Assembly: GCF_963921235.1 (NCBI RefSeq)
Contig: NC_086118.1
Span: 21,454,001 to 21,518,000, forward strand
DNA length: 64,000 nt
DNA from: Mobula hypostoma
Lineage: Eukaryota
Direction: 5' to 3'
Within the stretch, counting starts at the first letter, position 1. Every line of letters begins with the position of its first letter. The position numbers were made by a program, and so were the translations under genes. Under the pieces are notes generated by a model that had not been told where the DNA came from, searched no databases, and saw nothing but the letters and a program-made list of their open reading frames with translations. Below are positions 12,290 to 25,407 of this stretch, piece by piece.

Positions 12290-13370
12290 AGAGGCCAAAG
12301 GCCAACAAGTCCCATGGATCTACTGGCTGTATCCCAGTGTCTTAAAGGAAAATGGTGAATGCATAGGTTGTTATTCTTTAGAATTCTAAAGATCTACTGG
12401 TTGGTAGTTTAATTGCTCATCATAAATTGTCCCATGATTAGGCTAGGATTAAAGCGGGGATGGCTGGGTGCGTGGCTGAAAGGGCTGGAAATGCCTATTC
12501 CACACTGTATCTCAACAAATGAATAAATGGAAATAACTTCGATTAATTTGCGAGTGTTTTGGAAGAAGTAACAAACGTGGCAGATTGAAGGAGAAACCAA
12601 CAGATGCGGTGCACTTGAATTGCTAAAGTGCAACATAAAAATTACTGCAGAAGATAACAGTGCAATGGGTTGGGGGTAATATTTTGGCATGAATAAAGGG
12701 GTAGTAAATGCATAAATAAGTCATTGTCAAATAGGCAGTCAGTAACTAATGGTGGGGTATAAGGGTTAGAACCAGGACCACAACGATTTATAATCTGTGT
12801 TGTTGGCTAGAAACAATGGGCTTTGTACGGGGGCCAAATGTGTTGATGAAACAAAAACTGATGGGCCAGGAAACTTATAAAAGGACACAAAGAGCCTGTA
12901 TATGGATACAGGGAGATTAACTGAGTGGACAACTAGTCAGTAGATGGAGGAAAATATGGGGAAATGTGAGGACAGAAGAATGAATGAAAACTAATGGGAT
13001 ACTACAAAATGTTGTTGTATGGAGAAATCTGGGGCTCCTTACATAAAAAGTGAGTCAGCCTAAGATATGAGGGGCAATCTGGAGTACTGTAGACAGTTCT
13101 GGTCTCCATTTTTTAAGGATGTGCTTGCATTTGGAGGATGGAAGGAAGGGGTTGAGGAGTGAAGAAAAATTTGAAAGGAAATCGTGTTTGATTTGTGAGT
13201 GTCTGAGGTTGGGTCTGAACCCATTGAGGAGAGAAGAATGAGAGGTGGTCTTATTGAAGTATGTAAGATTCTGAGGGAAAATGATAAGGTGGGTGCTGAG
13301 AATTAGGAATTTTCTGCCCCAGAGCGCTGTGGAAAGTCCTTGAATGTATCCAAGATAAATTAGTAGATGC
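12290..13370 (+). mobile_element. Old decayed CR1 ORF2 remnant with an HE1-like SINE fragment (about 12395-12530)
   Basis: Scattered CR1-like remnants (KSHGS, LTEWTTSQ, LEYCRQFWSP, LIEVCKILRE). Confidence 0.5.
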
Positions 13371-14682
13371 CACATCAGACTAAATAAGCCACATATTGTG
13401 TATCAAAATCAAATCAATGCCGAACAGCAAATAAAATAATTTAAAAGAATAGAAGTAATTATTGAGATTTAGGAGACCACAATTTAACATGATGATAATT
13501 TGTTTTGACTAAAGACTTTGTGATTGTCTATACCTTTTGTATGTTGAACAAAGAAGCTGTAGAATTTAAAGGAGTTTTGGATTCAAAGTGGACACAGAAT
13601 GATCATTGGCCATTGTCTTTACTCCTTCTGCAGGAAGGAAAAGAAGAAAGGCAGAGTTTTCTGCTTGCTTTTGTTCACACTGCAGGTTTCATGTACACAT
13701 TAGGCTACATCATTAAAGAGTGGAAAGTGCATCTGGCTTTACTGCTTCTCAATGAACACCTGCTGGTGTGATGCGAACAGCTTGCTGAGTGATGGAATGC
13801 ATTGTGCTGGAACCCTGCGAGTTTTGAGCTCTGCTCAAAAGCTAAGAGGAAGTAGGTTCTGGAACAAATTGAAAATCTATTTTGTAAATCATGAAAAAGG
13901 AGTCTGTCCCACCCATTCCATGGGTGATTAAATTGCTAATTCTTTCTTTTGGGAAAGATAACTCAGCAATTTTCAATTTTAGCATTTGGACAACGAGCAA
14001 CATCAGGTACAATTTGATATTCAAGGTACTCTAGGACGTTTTGATAATCATTCACTGAGGCTAAAATGATTGCGTGAGTTTGACTTTAATTTGTGTGCAA
14101 GCACCTTATACCAAGTTGTAATTTGGATATTACCACAATCCATTTTTATCCTCCTTGAACTCCTTTCATTTGGTATAAATATCACATGTATGCATTGAGT
14201 GTTCGTACATCCCATTTCTTGCAGTTTATCTTTCAGTACAGTGCGACACAAGAGCATTAATGGCCAGCACTAAGGGTTGTAGGCTAGCTTTAAGAAGCAA
14301 GCTGTGGCTGGAGACTACCGAGCTAAGTGGTCTCAATATCCACTGGGGCTACACCTTTCTCACTCGTCACTGAAAATATCTCAGTCTTTTATAACAACTA
14401 ATTGAGCACTGTCTACAGTTACAGCATGTATTACAGAAACTGGCCATCAATTAGTGATTGCTGTTACGAGGCACTTTATCCTTCTCACTATTGATTCTGT
14501 ACAGATGTTACTTTTCCTAATGGAATGCATTGAGGTTTATGCTCTTTTATAAATAGAGTATTTATCCCCTACTGCAGCTGCGTAAATCATTCACTGTATA
14601 TAGAGTCTTTTATACACTCGCTGTGTAACAGGAACCACTAATCTCAAGGATGATGACTGTGAACCCACCACATAGTCCAGTA

Positions 14683-14755
14683 CAGAGGTTCCCAACCTTT
14701 TTTATGCCATGGACTCCTACCATTAACCAAGGGGACTCCAGGTTGGGAATGCCTG
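14683..14755. mobile_element. Tiny hAT/Charlie-like MITE
   Basis: TIRs cagaggttcccaacct / aggttgggaatgcctg; imperfect 8-bp flanks gtccagta / ctccagtg. Confidence 0.7.
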
Positions 14756-14799
14756 CTCCAGTGAGTGAGTGGTTCACTAAAGCCTGTCCATGTCAAAAG

Positions 14800-15095
14800 T
14801 ATAATAATTATTATTGTCACCCTATACTACCTTGAGATTCATTTTCGTGCAGGCATTTACAGGAAAATAGAAATATGATAGAATTTGTGACTCTGTACAT
14901 AAAAGCTGTCAAACATCAATGTGCAAAAGAAGACATTGTGAATAAATAAACACACAAATAATACTGAGAACGTGAGTTGTAGAGTCCTTGAAAATAAGTC
15001 TGTAGGTTGTGGAAACAGTTCACAGTTGAGGGTCGTTTTCAATGACTCTACAACTTGAGTTCTCAGTAATAGTTATTTGATTTTACTTGCACAAA
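14800..15095. repeat. LINE 3'-UTR fragment with inverted duplication
   Basis: aataatactgagaacgtgagttgtagagtccttgaaa (about 14958-14994) is inverted at about 15037-15074 (tttcaatgactctacaacttgagttctcagtaat). Confidence 0.6.
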
Positions 15096-15352
15096 TTTAT
15101 TTCCGGAAAAGAACTTGGTTATCCTTAACCTGGTCTGGTCTGTATGTGACTCCAGAGCCATCCACTACTTCGGTTTACTGTGCATTGCACCTTGAATTGG
15201 TCTAGCAAGCCACTCAAGGTACCATTAGGGTTAGCACTGTCAGTAACATCCATATGTGGCACACATCTCACAGGTCAGGGGAATGCTTTACAAGTATTTT
15301 CCAGAATGGAGATTTTTTGATTAAGTCAGTCACCCTCCAGCTGGGAGTTACC

Positions 15353-16170
15353 ACATAAGACCATGAGACAAAGGAGCAGAAGTTGGCCATTCGGCCCATC
15401 GAGTCTGCTCTGCCATTTTATCATGAGCTGATCCATTCTTCCATTTAGTCCCACTCCCCCGCCTTTTCACCAGAACCTCTGATGCCCTGGCTACTCAGAT
15501 ACCTATCGATCTCTGCCTTAAATACATCCAATGACTTGGCCTCCACTGCTGCCCGTGGCAACAAATTCCACAGATTCACCACCCTCTGGCTAAAAAAATT
15601 CCTTCGCATCTCTTCTGAATAGGCGCCCTTCAATCCTTAAGTACTCCCGTACTAGACTTCCCCACCATGGGAAACAACTTTTCCACATCCACTCTGTCCA
15701 TGTCTTTCAACATTCGAAATGTTTCTGTGAGGTCCCCCCTCATTCTTCTAAACTCCAAGGAGTACAGTCCAAGAGCAGTCAAACGTTCCTCATATGTTAA
15801 CTCTCTCATTCCTGGAATCATTCTAGTGAATCTTCTCTGAACCTTCTCCAACGTCAGCACAAGCTTTCTTAAATAAGGAACCCAAAACTGCACACAGTAC
15901 TCCCAATTGAGGTCTTACCAGTGCCATATAGAGCCTCAACATCACATCCCTGCTCCTATACTCTATTCCTCTAGAAATGAATGCCAACATCGCATTCACC
16001 TTCTTCACCACTGACTCAACCTGGAGGTTAACCTTAAGGGTATCCTGTACGAGGACTTCCAAGTCCCGTTGTATCTCAGAACTTTGAATTCTCTCCCTAT
16101 TTAAATAATAGTCTGCCCGTTTATTTCTTCCACCAAAGTGCATAACCATACACTTTCCAACATTCCACAT
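15353..16170 (-). mobile_element. CR1 LINE 3' fragment
   Basis: NVGKCMVMHFG, LEKVQRRFTRMIPGM, RRMRGDL and FFSQRVVNLWNLLP; (tatggtct)n tail. Closely similar to the 3' part of the CR1 at 50239-54479. Confidence 0.9.
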
Positions 16171-16611
16171 GATGGGTCTAGTCACCAAGCTTCACCTCCT
16201 GCCATGGGTTACTTCTTTCTCCATTGAATTGCCATTCTTCTCATGATTAAGAAAATGGAGGACTTGCTTTTGACATGCAGAGATGAACAACATACTTGAT
16301 ATGTGTAAAGATGGGCAATGAAGTGTGCATATAATGGGACCCCAAGTCAGGAACAGGAACTTCAGCAAATTAGCATAAAATATGAAATGATAAACCCAAA
16401 ACAAAACTAAATTAGGAATGTGGAACCTAAGGACATAATTTTAAATTATTGGAAAGGAAATTTGAAGAAGGGCTACACTTAAGAAACACAAAAGCATTTG
16501 GAAAGACTTTTAGGGAGGGGCTATTCCCTAAACATGAAAATGTCCAAAATGAAATTAGATTTTGAACTGGAAAAAAAATAAATGGCTTACTTTTGTCACT
16601 GACCTATTTTG

Positions 16612-16990
16612 GGTGGTGGGGTGGAGATATGTCTCTACCAAGGGAGGTGTAAGGCACTCCTTCCCTCCACTAGCCCACAGGTCACCCTTGAGTAAGATGT
16701 TGCAGCTGCTTAGCCCCCTCGATCAGGGTCATGTGAAGCCGGGGAGCAGGTGGTGAACGGTTGTACCAGCGGCTGGCGCATGTTACAAGTCCTGATTATG
16801 CGACCACTGACACCAGGCAGACATTCTCTGCAAGGTACTGATGATGGCTGGTGTCACCCGTCTTGTAAAGACACTGCCCAAAAGAAGGCAATGGCAAACC
16901 ATTTCTTTAGAAAAATTTGCCATGAGCAATCATGGTCAAGACCATGATCGCCCACATCATACGACATGGCACATAATGAATGAATGAACT
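16612..16990 (+). mobile_element. Non-autonomous RTE-associated short element
   Basis: GC-richer block ending in aaggcaatggcaaaccatttct...catggtcaagaccatgatcgcccacatcatacgac and a (tgaa)n tail, resembling RTE-type 3' ends. Confidence 0.5.
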
Positions 16991-17047
16991 ATTTTTTACG
17001 CTTTGTATTTTATTAATGGAAAACTTTGCCTTTGTTCTCTTTCCTAG

Positions 17048-17364
17048 TGATCAGAGGAACCATTCGTTCTGTGTCACATGATCAACAACAAGAAGAATCA
17101 AGGATAGATATCTTTGCAGACAAGATATACAGACAAAAGAACAAGGTATTCCAGCCAATCGGGAAGAGTGGGAAATGGCTGGGACATATAAAGACACTGC
17201 TACATTGTGGAGTCAAGGAAGGAGAAGGGGACTTCCTATTCACAGGAAGCATGCACTTTGGTGAGGTCCAACTAGGCTGTGCACCCCGATATAAGGACTT
17301 CAGAAGGATCTACAAAGAAGCGAGAGACAAAGGGGAAATTCCTTGTGAATTGACCACAGACTGA
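17048..17364 (+). CDS. METRNL: Meteorin-like protein, terminal coding exon (NTR-like C-terminal domain)
   Basis: Acceptor ttcctag ends at 17047. Encodes VIRGTIRSVSHD...YRQKNKVFQ...HIKTLLHCGVKEGEGDFLFTGSMHFGEVQLGCAPRYKDFRRIYKEARDKGEIPCELTTD*. From memory this is closer to METRNL (YRQKSRVF, GDFLFTG-MHFGE, PCEVGTD) than to METRN. The family is secure; the paralogue choice is less so. Upstream exons were not found in the window. Confidence 0.88.
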
Positions 17365-17790
17365 TGCTACCCTTCCGCAACTGGATTAGAGTTATCCAGA
17401 TCAAACGGAACACTATCTTATAGTGCGCTGCATTTGAAACGTGGTACTGATGAGACCAAGCATTCTGCCACTTTAATAGAGCTCATTGTTGCTAGGCAAC
17501 ATTACAGATTTCAACTAAACTAAAATGAAAAAGACTTTAAATCATTGTTATTCAAGACTGCCATCAAAATATCAATACTAATAAATTTCAAAGTCTTAAA
17601 GAATATGAATGTAGCATAAACTTGTATATGATGTACAGATTTTCAAAGTGATGCCTGAAGCTGTTGTTTTGTAATGATGCTGATGTACAGTACAAGGGAT
17701 TTTGTAACACAGAAAATTATGAAGACAGAATGTTTCTGAGAGAATGTAAAGTCTTGAAATATTGTGAGCCCTCTTAAAACTGGTAATAAA
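17365..17790 (+). other. 3' UTR with candidate polyadenylation signals
   Basis: AT-rich, repeat-free sequence after the stop codon. AATAAA at 17580-17585 and 17785-17790, with several TGTA motifs between them. Confidence 0.6.
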
Positions 17791-18566
17791 ATCATTCCAG
17801 AGAGGTAACTATCTCTGGCTCAGTACAAACTGATTATAGCTGTCAATCAATGATCCACGTTTAGGATGACACTGGACACTAGACAAGATATAAGGTATAA
17901 TAGAACATCTGTTTGGTACTTAGTACACAAGGGAACTGGATTGCACTGGTAACGTAAGCCATAAATGTGCTCCAGAAGAGTCATAAGCTTGAACTAAGAT
18001 CTTGACTCAGATTTAAATTCCTTTTTTCCTCCGTAAACAAGTCTTGAGTTCTTGATGTGGCTGCTGGCTAAGGTCCACATAGCTGTTGGGTGAAACAGTC
18101 TCTCTGCCCCAGAGCTAACCTCTGCCAATAGGTCATGGTGTATTTCATACTTCTGTCATGGTGAGTGTCCCAACCTGGCCCCCAGGAAACAAGGATGACA
18201 GCAGTGCCGTTCAGGGTCTTTGTGTTTTACTGGGTGGTTTCCTGGCAATTACAGGCTGAGTTCATGAACAATTGATGAATAGGCCAATTTAGAATTTAAC
18301 CTGGGCCAGTTCCTTTGTTACAGATGACGAACTGCATCATATTAGTAATGTTTGGTACAAATAGCAGCGAGGATAACTTGTGGAAAAATATTAAGTATTT
18401 TAAGCAAATGGCATTGCTGGCACACACGTCTCTCTTTCTGAGGGGGAAGATTTGTCCTGCTGTAACCCTTGCTCCATTGCATTGAAGAAAGAAGAAAAGA
18501 AAATTGTGTAGTGCTTATAACAAAGCAAAGAGTCCTAAAAACATTTCATAGTAGTGTGTTAGAGTG

Positions 18567-19101
18567 CAGACATCCCACCTCTCCTGGAAGTTCTGGGAGT
18601 CTCCCGCATATTAATAGTGGCTCCCTGATGCCCGAAAATTATATACAATATCCTGGAAATCAATTTTTTTGAGAGCGAGAAAGAGCGAGAGAGAGATTGC
18701 GAGTGCGCAAGAGAGAGAGAGCAAGCGCGTGACAGAGAGAGAGTCCTATGGTAGAGTGTTCCAAAAAAAGAAAATATAAAATGTATGTCACCCCAGTCTA
18801 CCCTAAAGTGTACCCCTGCCTAAAAGGGGTCAAAAATAATGACAGTGTTGCTCGCCGCACTGTTTGCAACAGTGACTTTTCTATTGCCCATGGTGGGTTA
18901 AGACTGTTAAAGACATGTTGAGGTGAGTTTTAACAGGTGTCATTCATTCACTAGAATAGCTAACGTTATTTAAACTAGCTGGCTAGCTGTTAAGGAGCTA
19001 CTCTATTGCAGGCATCCCACCTCTCCCGGAAGTTCCGAGAGTCTCCCACAAATTGATGGTGCTACCTCCCTGAAATGAGTTTTTGCAGGGTGGGATGTCT
19101 G
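18567..19101. mobile_element. Non-autonomous DNA transposon (MITE) with 13-bp TIRs and 6-bp TSD
   Basis: TIR CAGACATCCCACC / GGTGGGATGTCTG; AGAGTG at 18561-18566 and 19102-19107; internal (GA)-rich tract and a subterminal direct copy of the left end at about 19010-19060. Confidence 0.85.
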
Positions 19102-19480
19102 AGAGTGAATCACTAAACATTATGAGAGGGCATTGGTTTTGTGGGAAGAATACATGGTTTGTAAAGGCGACTGTAAGCAACTTCTTCAGCATTTAGCAGG
19201 AGAAGTTTCTGCTTCTCCAATGCAGCAGTTCCAAGGCACCTAGGTATCCCATCCAGGTCCACAATCTTTTCTCTTGGTCATCCAGGCCCACTCACAATGT
19301 TACTTATTGCCAGCTGTAAGAACTGCAAAGTATATTAGGCCTATTGCTATGTGATGGGCCTGAATCCGATAAGACAATGGTGACAGCTTGTCATAGTTAC
19401 ATATTGGAGCATCCTTTGGCAGGAGTTAGTTCAGTGGATTTAAACACAAATACTTGTACACTATAAATGTCCAGTGTCAC

Positions 19481-19710
19481 TGTGGTAAACCATATATATG
19501 TGTTGTAACTGGGTTAACTGTCTGGACACGCCCCTCTGCTGACGGCCACTGTGGCTCCTCCCACAGAGTCCTGTATAAAGGTGTTTCTCCTTGCCCCTCC
19601 CCCTCAGTCCGGGGGCAGACACTCACCGTGGAGGTCGTATTGTACAGCGAATAAAAGCCTTTCAGTATTTTACCAAACCTCAGTCTTTTGGAGTTATTGA
19701 AGGTGCTTCA
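19481..19710 (+). mobile_element. Solo LTR (230 bp)
   Basis: TG...CA termini, perfect 5-bp TSD GTCAC (19476-19480 and 19711-19715), TATAAA near 19575 and AATAAA near 19650. Confidence 0.88.
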
Positions 19711-21094
19711 GTCACTGTGACTCCCAAGGACTCTTTGCTTGCCAGGTGTTTGGGACTGGGGCAGTGGCATATTGGATGACTCAGCATTGGGAAGGAGACA
19801 GACCAGACCTATCTTGAAATGATACTGGCATCTTCTCTCCATCTGCAAGATCCCACTGGGTCTGCGCCACTTGCTCAGATGCATATCTTTACGTCTCCTC
19901 CGTCCATCAGGCCTCAGACAATGTGGGTGAGTCCAGCTGCTGGAGAGGTCTTACTACAATATCCAGAATAATCTGCAGAATGTAATAGTGACAGAGGAGC
20001 CACCAGGTTCAATAATGCTCTATTTTGTTACTTACGTGAAATGTTAACAAAATCTTGAACAAGATTGCCTGGGTAGTAGAAAGAAAGGTCAGACAGCTGT
20101 ATCACATGATCATGATGTCCACCTGATCTTCTGACCATGTGATTAAACATGCAGCTATGGTAACTATTCTTCATTCTTAATTAGTGACAGCTAATTTTAT
20201 TTGATTAAGTGAATCGAATTAAACTCATCTAGAGAAAGTAAAGGACAGAGCTTTTAATTGCTGGCATCATTGTATAGGTTGTTACAACATATTTTATATT
20301 GGTTACAACATATTCTTCTTGTTAGCACTAAACAAGCAACATGGCTGGGGGTGTGCTATGACCTGCTTCTAAAATTCAATCCCATTGGTGAATAATATTG
20401 GGTTTTGGAATTGGATTTCAAGCAAATTGTCCATGTCAAATTTCTTCTAGCTTCTGTCATCAGCTGTTGTTTCCTTTCTTTCTCCTGTTTTATCTTTTCA
20501 GGAGCCAGGTGTATCCACTGGGGGCATCTACGGCAGGTGATCTGGACAAGCGGGGGTGGGGGTGCCATCCATTCCAGTGGTGGAAGTGGAGAGTCTTCAG
20601 ACAGGAGAGATGCCAACAGTGTCACTGAACTTGGTGGTGACGGGTGTTGCATGTTGGTTATGGTGGAAAGCAGAGGCCAATGAGTGAAATGTGGCCTCTC
20701 ACTGGCCTCTGTTTTCTACCACAGGGTATCCAGATCCTTGGCTCTGTTTTGGACTGTGTACAGTGCTGCAGCTAGGATTAAGATCTGGATGTCCAGATGC
20801 AGGACTGTGGTGAAAGTTAACATAGATTTTGACACTCCAGTTGCTTCACCTGTCTTCTGCTCTTGTAGTCCTATCTGCCGTAATTGGTCTCGATCTCTAA
20901 TGCCTTTCTGACATACTGCCTCCCAGTTGTCTCATGCTGTTTCTTCTGCACCACAGACAAACCTCACTGCTTTCTCTTTTCATCAGTCCATTGCCTATCC
21001 GTTAAAATGCTTCACCCAATTTCTGTTGACCACATTCCATCCATTTGTGTACTTGGGGTTGTGATGATCAGCAGTCTTCTAAACTGCTAACTAT

Positions 21095-21460
21095 ATAGTC
21101 ATAGTCATAGTCATACTTTATTGATCCCGAGGGAAATTGGTTTTCGTTACAGTTGCACCATAAATAATTAAATAGTAATAACCCATAAATAATTAAACAG
21201 TACTATGTAAGTTATGCCAGGAAATAAGTCCAGGACCAGCCTATTGGCTCAGGGTGTCTGACCCTCCAAAGGAGGAGTTGTAAAGTTTGATGGCCACAGG
21301 CAGGAATGACTTCCTATGACGCTTAGTGTTGCATCTCAGTGGAATGAGTCTCTGGCTGAATGTACTCCTGTGCCCAACCAGACCATTATGAAGTGGATGG
21401 GAGACATTGTCCAAGATGGCATGCAACTTGGACAGCATCCTCTTTTCAGACACCACCGTC
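21095..21460 (-). mobile_element. Rex1/Babar-like LINE 3' fragment
   Basis: SEKRMLSKLHAILDNVSHPLH...FSQRLIPLRCNTKRHRKSFLPVAIKLYN with a (catagt)n tail. Confidence 0.8.
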
Positions 21461-21754
21461 ATGTTGTTAACCACTATATGTTGTTAAAATTGAAATTAAC
21501 CATAAAAATGAAATATCTAAAAATAACCTCAAGAGTCGGGTAATGAACAGGTAACATATAAACCAGGTTGAATTTCCCCGTAGTATAGGAAATCATGGGG
21601 GAAAGAATTGATTGAATACTTTCCATTGGTGAACTGTAGATATGAAGCATGCATTTTAAACCTTTTAAGTCTTTCAGGAAAAAAATTGGGAAATCTTCCT
21701 GCACATCCATGTCTGGATCTCCCATAAGTTCAGTGGATGGTAATAGTGTATAGG

Positions 21755-22055
21755 ATGATAAGAGGCATAGATAGAATAGAGAGCCAGAATCTATTTCCAG
21801 GGCTGATATATGAAGGTGTAATTCTAAGGTGATTGGAGAAACTTGTTGGAGGGTGTCAAAAGTAGTTTTTAAACACAGAGATTGATAAGTGAATGGTGGC
21901 AGAGGCAGATACATTTGGGATATTTAAGAGACTCTTAGATACACACATGGATGAATGAAAAATGGAGGCTATGTGGGAGGGAAGGGTTGAATTGATCTTG
22001 GAGAAGGTTAGCAGACTGGTACAATATGGTGGACTGAAGGGTCTGTTCTATGTCA
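21755..22055 (+). mobile_element. CR1 3' fragment
   Basis: gataagaggcatagataga...ttttaaacacagag...atttaagagactcttagata, a typical CR1 3' region. Confidence 0.6.
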
Positions 22056-23068
22056 AATTCTGCCAATGATTTTAAACCTGAGCTCAGTCGTTTTTTCCAA
22101 AAACAGAAAATGCTGGTAATACTCAAGGTTGTGAAGTATTGAGAGAGGAAACAGGTTTAATCTTTCAAGCTGATGACTTTTCAGGGTATGTTTTCATTAG
22201 CTAAGTGTAGCGAGGATGTGGAGCTAAACTGAGAGGCTGAGCTTAGGATACGGATCAACTGACTAACAGAGCAGGCTTCAAGGGCTAAACATCCAACCCT
22301 GTAATGTTCCTACTACGTGTCGAAGACGCTACAGCCTCAAAGTAATTTTAAGTAACTGTTCTTTTTAAATTTTTTTTGTTGGTATATGTTAGCATTATAA
22401 ACATAGTCATAAAAAACAAAGAGAAAACTTGTAACCCCACCACATGAAAAGCCCAGCCAAATACCTCTGTCCCCACATCAGTCTTTCTGAATCCTTTCCA
22501 AACCAAACAGTCTCCCCATTTATAGATGAAGGGTTCAGGAGACAAGGAAACAAAACAGAACTTTAAAAAAGCCTATATTTTTTATGACACATAGAGCAGA
22601 GATAACATTACATTAAAGGGAACATCGTCTGGTATAAATAACTTACAGGGTAGTTTTGTGTGACTGTTTAAACAGGAATATAACAGCAAAGCAGGTACTA
22701 TGAAGTAATGCCAACTCGTCTTCATTTCAAGGACCTGGTTCTTATTTCACATCTGAAGCCATCTGATTCTCATAAAGTTACAGCAAATCTTAGTCGATCC
22801 AGAAATAGGAAATGAGCAGTTTTGACTGTAATAAAAAAATTAAGCATGAAAGTGTGCTTGATTATTAACTGTCCCATATTCAGAGGGTTTTGGAGATGTG
22901 CAAAATCTGCATTGGCATATCCTATGAATAAATAAGGTATATAAAAAATAATGAAAGCTTGTTGGAATGAGGAAGAAAGTTTCTTTCAGATTTCTACTTT
23001 CACCTTTTAGTTGTATTATTATTTCACACAACTTTTTATTATTTGCAGTTCATTATTGGATACATAAA

Positions 23069-23351
23069 GGGCGCGGGCATCATGGTAGTGTAGGGGTTAG
23101 CTCGACAGTATCACAGCTTGGGGTATCAGAGTTCAGCATTCAATTCTGATGGTGCCAGTAAAGAGTTTGTACATTTTTCCCATGAACGCGTGGGCTTCCG
23201 CCCACACTCCAAAGACCTACCGATTAGTAGGTTAATTGGTCATTGTTAGTTGTCCTGTGATTAGGATAGGATTAAATAGGTAGGTTATTGGGCTATGGGG
23301 CTCACTGGGCCAGAGGAGACTGTTCTGTGCTGTATCTCCAAATAAATAAGT
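23069..23351 (+). mobile_element. HE1-like V-SINE
   Basis: ggtagtgtaggggttagc head, gcgtgggcttcc...cccacactccaaagac core, gtaggttaattggtcattg and an (aaat)n tail. Confidence 0.75.
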
Positions 23352-25097
23352 AAAATTAATTATTGGGTTACCCTTTCCCTTCCTCAAAAATTTCAGTGGT
23401 CATAGTCAGCTGTTCGAACTCTTGGTTCACAGCCAGAAGGTTATGGGTTGACTTTAGGTGTTATTTCAGTCCATTAGTAACTGAGTGCCTTGTTGTCAGT
23501 AATGGTGTTATTTGGATGAGGCTTTGGTGTGTATATAGTTTCACTTCATGATTAAAACAAATGCACTGAGGTTTATTTGACCAACATCCTCCCATAATCA
23601 ACACCATAAAGCACAGATTACTCAGCCATTCATTCATTGGCTTTTTATTTGACCTTGCTGTGTGCAGATTGAAGGCTGATTTTGGTTGCACAGCAGTGGC
23701 AGTGTTCAAGAATAATCCATTACTGATAAAGTGTTTTGGAATGAGATAAGTATTCTGCTGCTGATATTATTTATTAAGCAAGCCAGGGTCTGTGCAGTGA
23801 ATAAAACTATTTTTGATGAAATGGTTGTACTTTTAATATAAAACTAATCAAAGCTTAAAATATGAAATTTAAAATTCTTAAGAGCATAAATCATACCTTG
23901 CTGATGTTGCATCAAACTCTGTGCTGAAGTTTGACATAGAATAATTTAGCAGAAATTTGTTTATTCTTATCCAATCATTTCATTCACCTTTTATTTCTTA
24001 AATGCAAAAATTTCATCGGGGGGGGGGTCACAGAAAACAAATCTAAGCCTATATTTCATTGATATCAGCCTGACTGTGAGGTCAATTTGTACCCCATGAC
24101 TCAGTTGTATTATGCACCATGTTAAAGTGATTTTTAAATATGTACAGACCAAAAGTTGCTATGTTGTTCACATCAGAGACAAATGCTTGTGTTTTATAAT
24201 CCCAGTGGAACTGTTTCTACTGACAGGAGAAAGGTCAAAGGTGGGTTACTGGCACCTTAAAACCAGTCTCTTCAGCAGACCACTAGTTTATCTAGGAGAA
24301 GGAACACTCTGATTTCAAACCTCCGCAGCCTTGGGTATAGCTACCCAATTATGGGAAAGGCTTCGTGAGTAAACCCCAAGGGGAAAAATTGGGAACTGGA
24401 GTCCCTGAGTCCAACACTGACTGACGACCTGTCTGACGCTGCTGGTGCCATTTCTTTCGATGCGTGGAGAGGGGGAGCTTGCTACATGGGCAACTGTTTG
24501 CTCTCCATATTGTACTGCCCTGGCTTGCCTATCCTAGACAGCTAGAATGCAATATCCATGGTCGACCCTAGCCAAAGGAGGCCTAATATCCATTAGCTGA
24601 TCAACTGATTGCACAAGAGTGGATAAGGAATGTTCTCAATAAATTGGCAGAGGTTGGGCACTAGAATGCAGCAATAAAGGGGGATAAGGTGTGGGACTAT
24701 CAGGTAGCAATGGAAAAGGAAGTAGTGTTGGGATCAGCTTAAGAAAGTCAAAGACAGGTTTTGAATGCATGTGTGTAAATGTGCAAAGTGTTGTGGGCTG
24801 TAAGCAGAGACAGTTGTTTAGGAACATGATATAGTGGGAATAAACATGACTCAAAAATGCATAGAACTGATCACTTAATATTCTTGACAAGGTGTATGTG
24901 AAAGTCAAAGGAGGTAAACATTATAAGTAAGGAGCCAGTACTCACTGAGAAAGATATGATGCTGGGGAGAGTGGATAAACATTCAGTAAGGAATGAGGAA
25001 CAATATTACGCTATAGTTATATTCTTAGAGCAAGAAAAAATAGGTGGGAATTCAAGGAGCAAACCTGCAGTGAAATTATTGAGATGTAAACTTTTTT

Positions 25098-25407
25098 ATA
25101 TATAGGCATCCGTTAGTCTCATGAGACCATGGATTTGTGCCTTGGAAGGTTTCCAGGGCGCAGGCCTGGGCAAGGTTGTATGGAAGACTGGCAGTTGCCC
25201 ATGCTGCAAGTCTCCCCTCTCCACGCCACCGATTTTGTCTAAGGGAAGGGCGTTAGGACCCATATAGCTTGGTACCGGTATCGTCGCAGTGCAATGTGTG
25301 ATTAAGTGGCTCGCTCAAGGTCACAACACGCTGCCTTAGCCAAGGCTCGAACTAGTGACCTTCAGCTCGCTAGACGAATGCCTTAACCACTTGGCCACGC
25401 GCCAGCA
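25098..25407 (-). mobile_element. tRNA-derived SINE (same family as 9444-9749), nested in a decayed CR1 remnant
   Basis: Reverse complement of the 9444 element; TGTAAACT on both flanks. Confidence 0.85.

Noticed and set aside
17026..17047. ORF-track start MPLFSFL as the protein N-terminus
   Set aside because: This is the intronic polypyrimidine tract; the exon starts after the AG at 17047.
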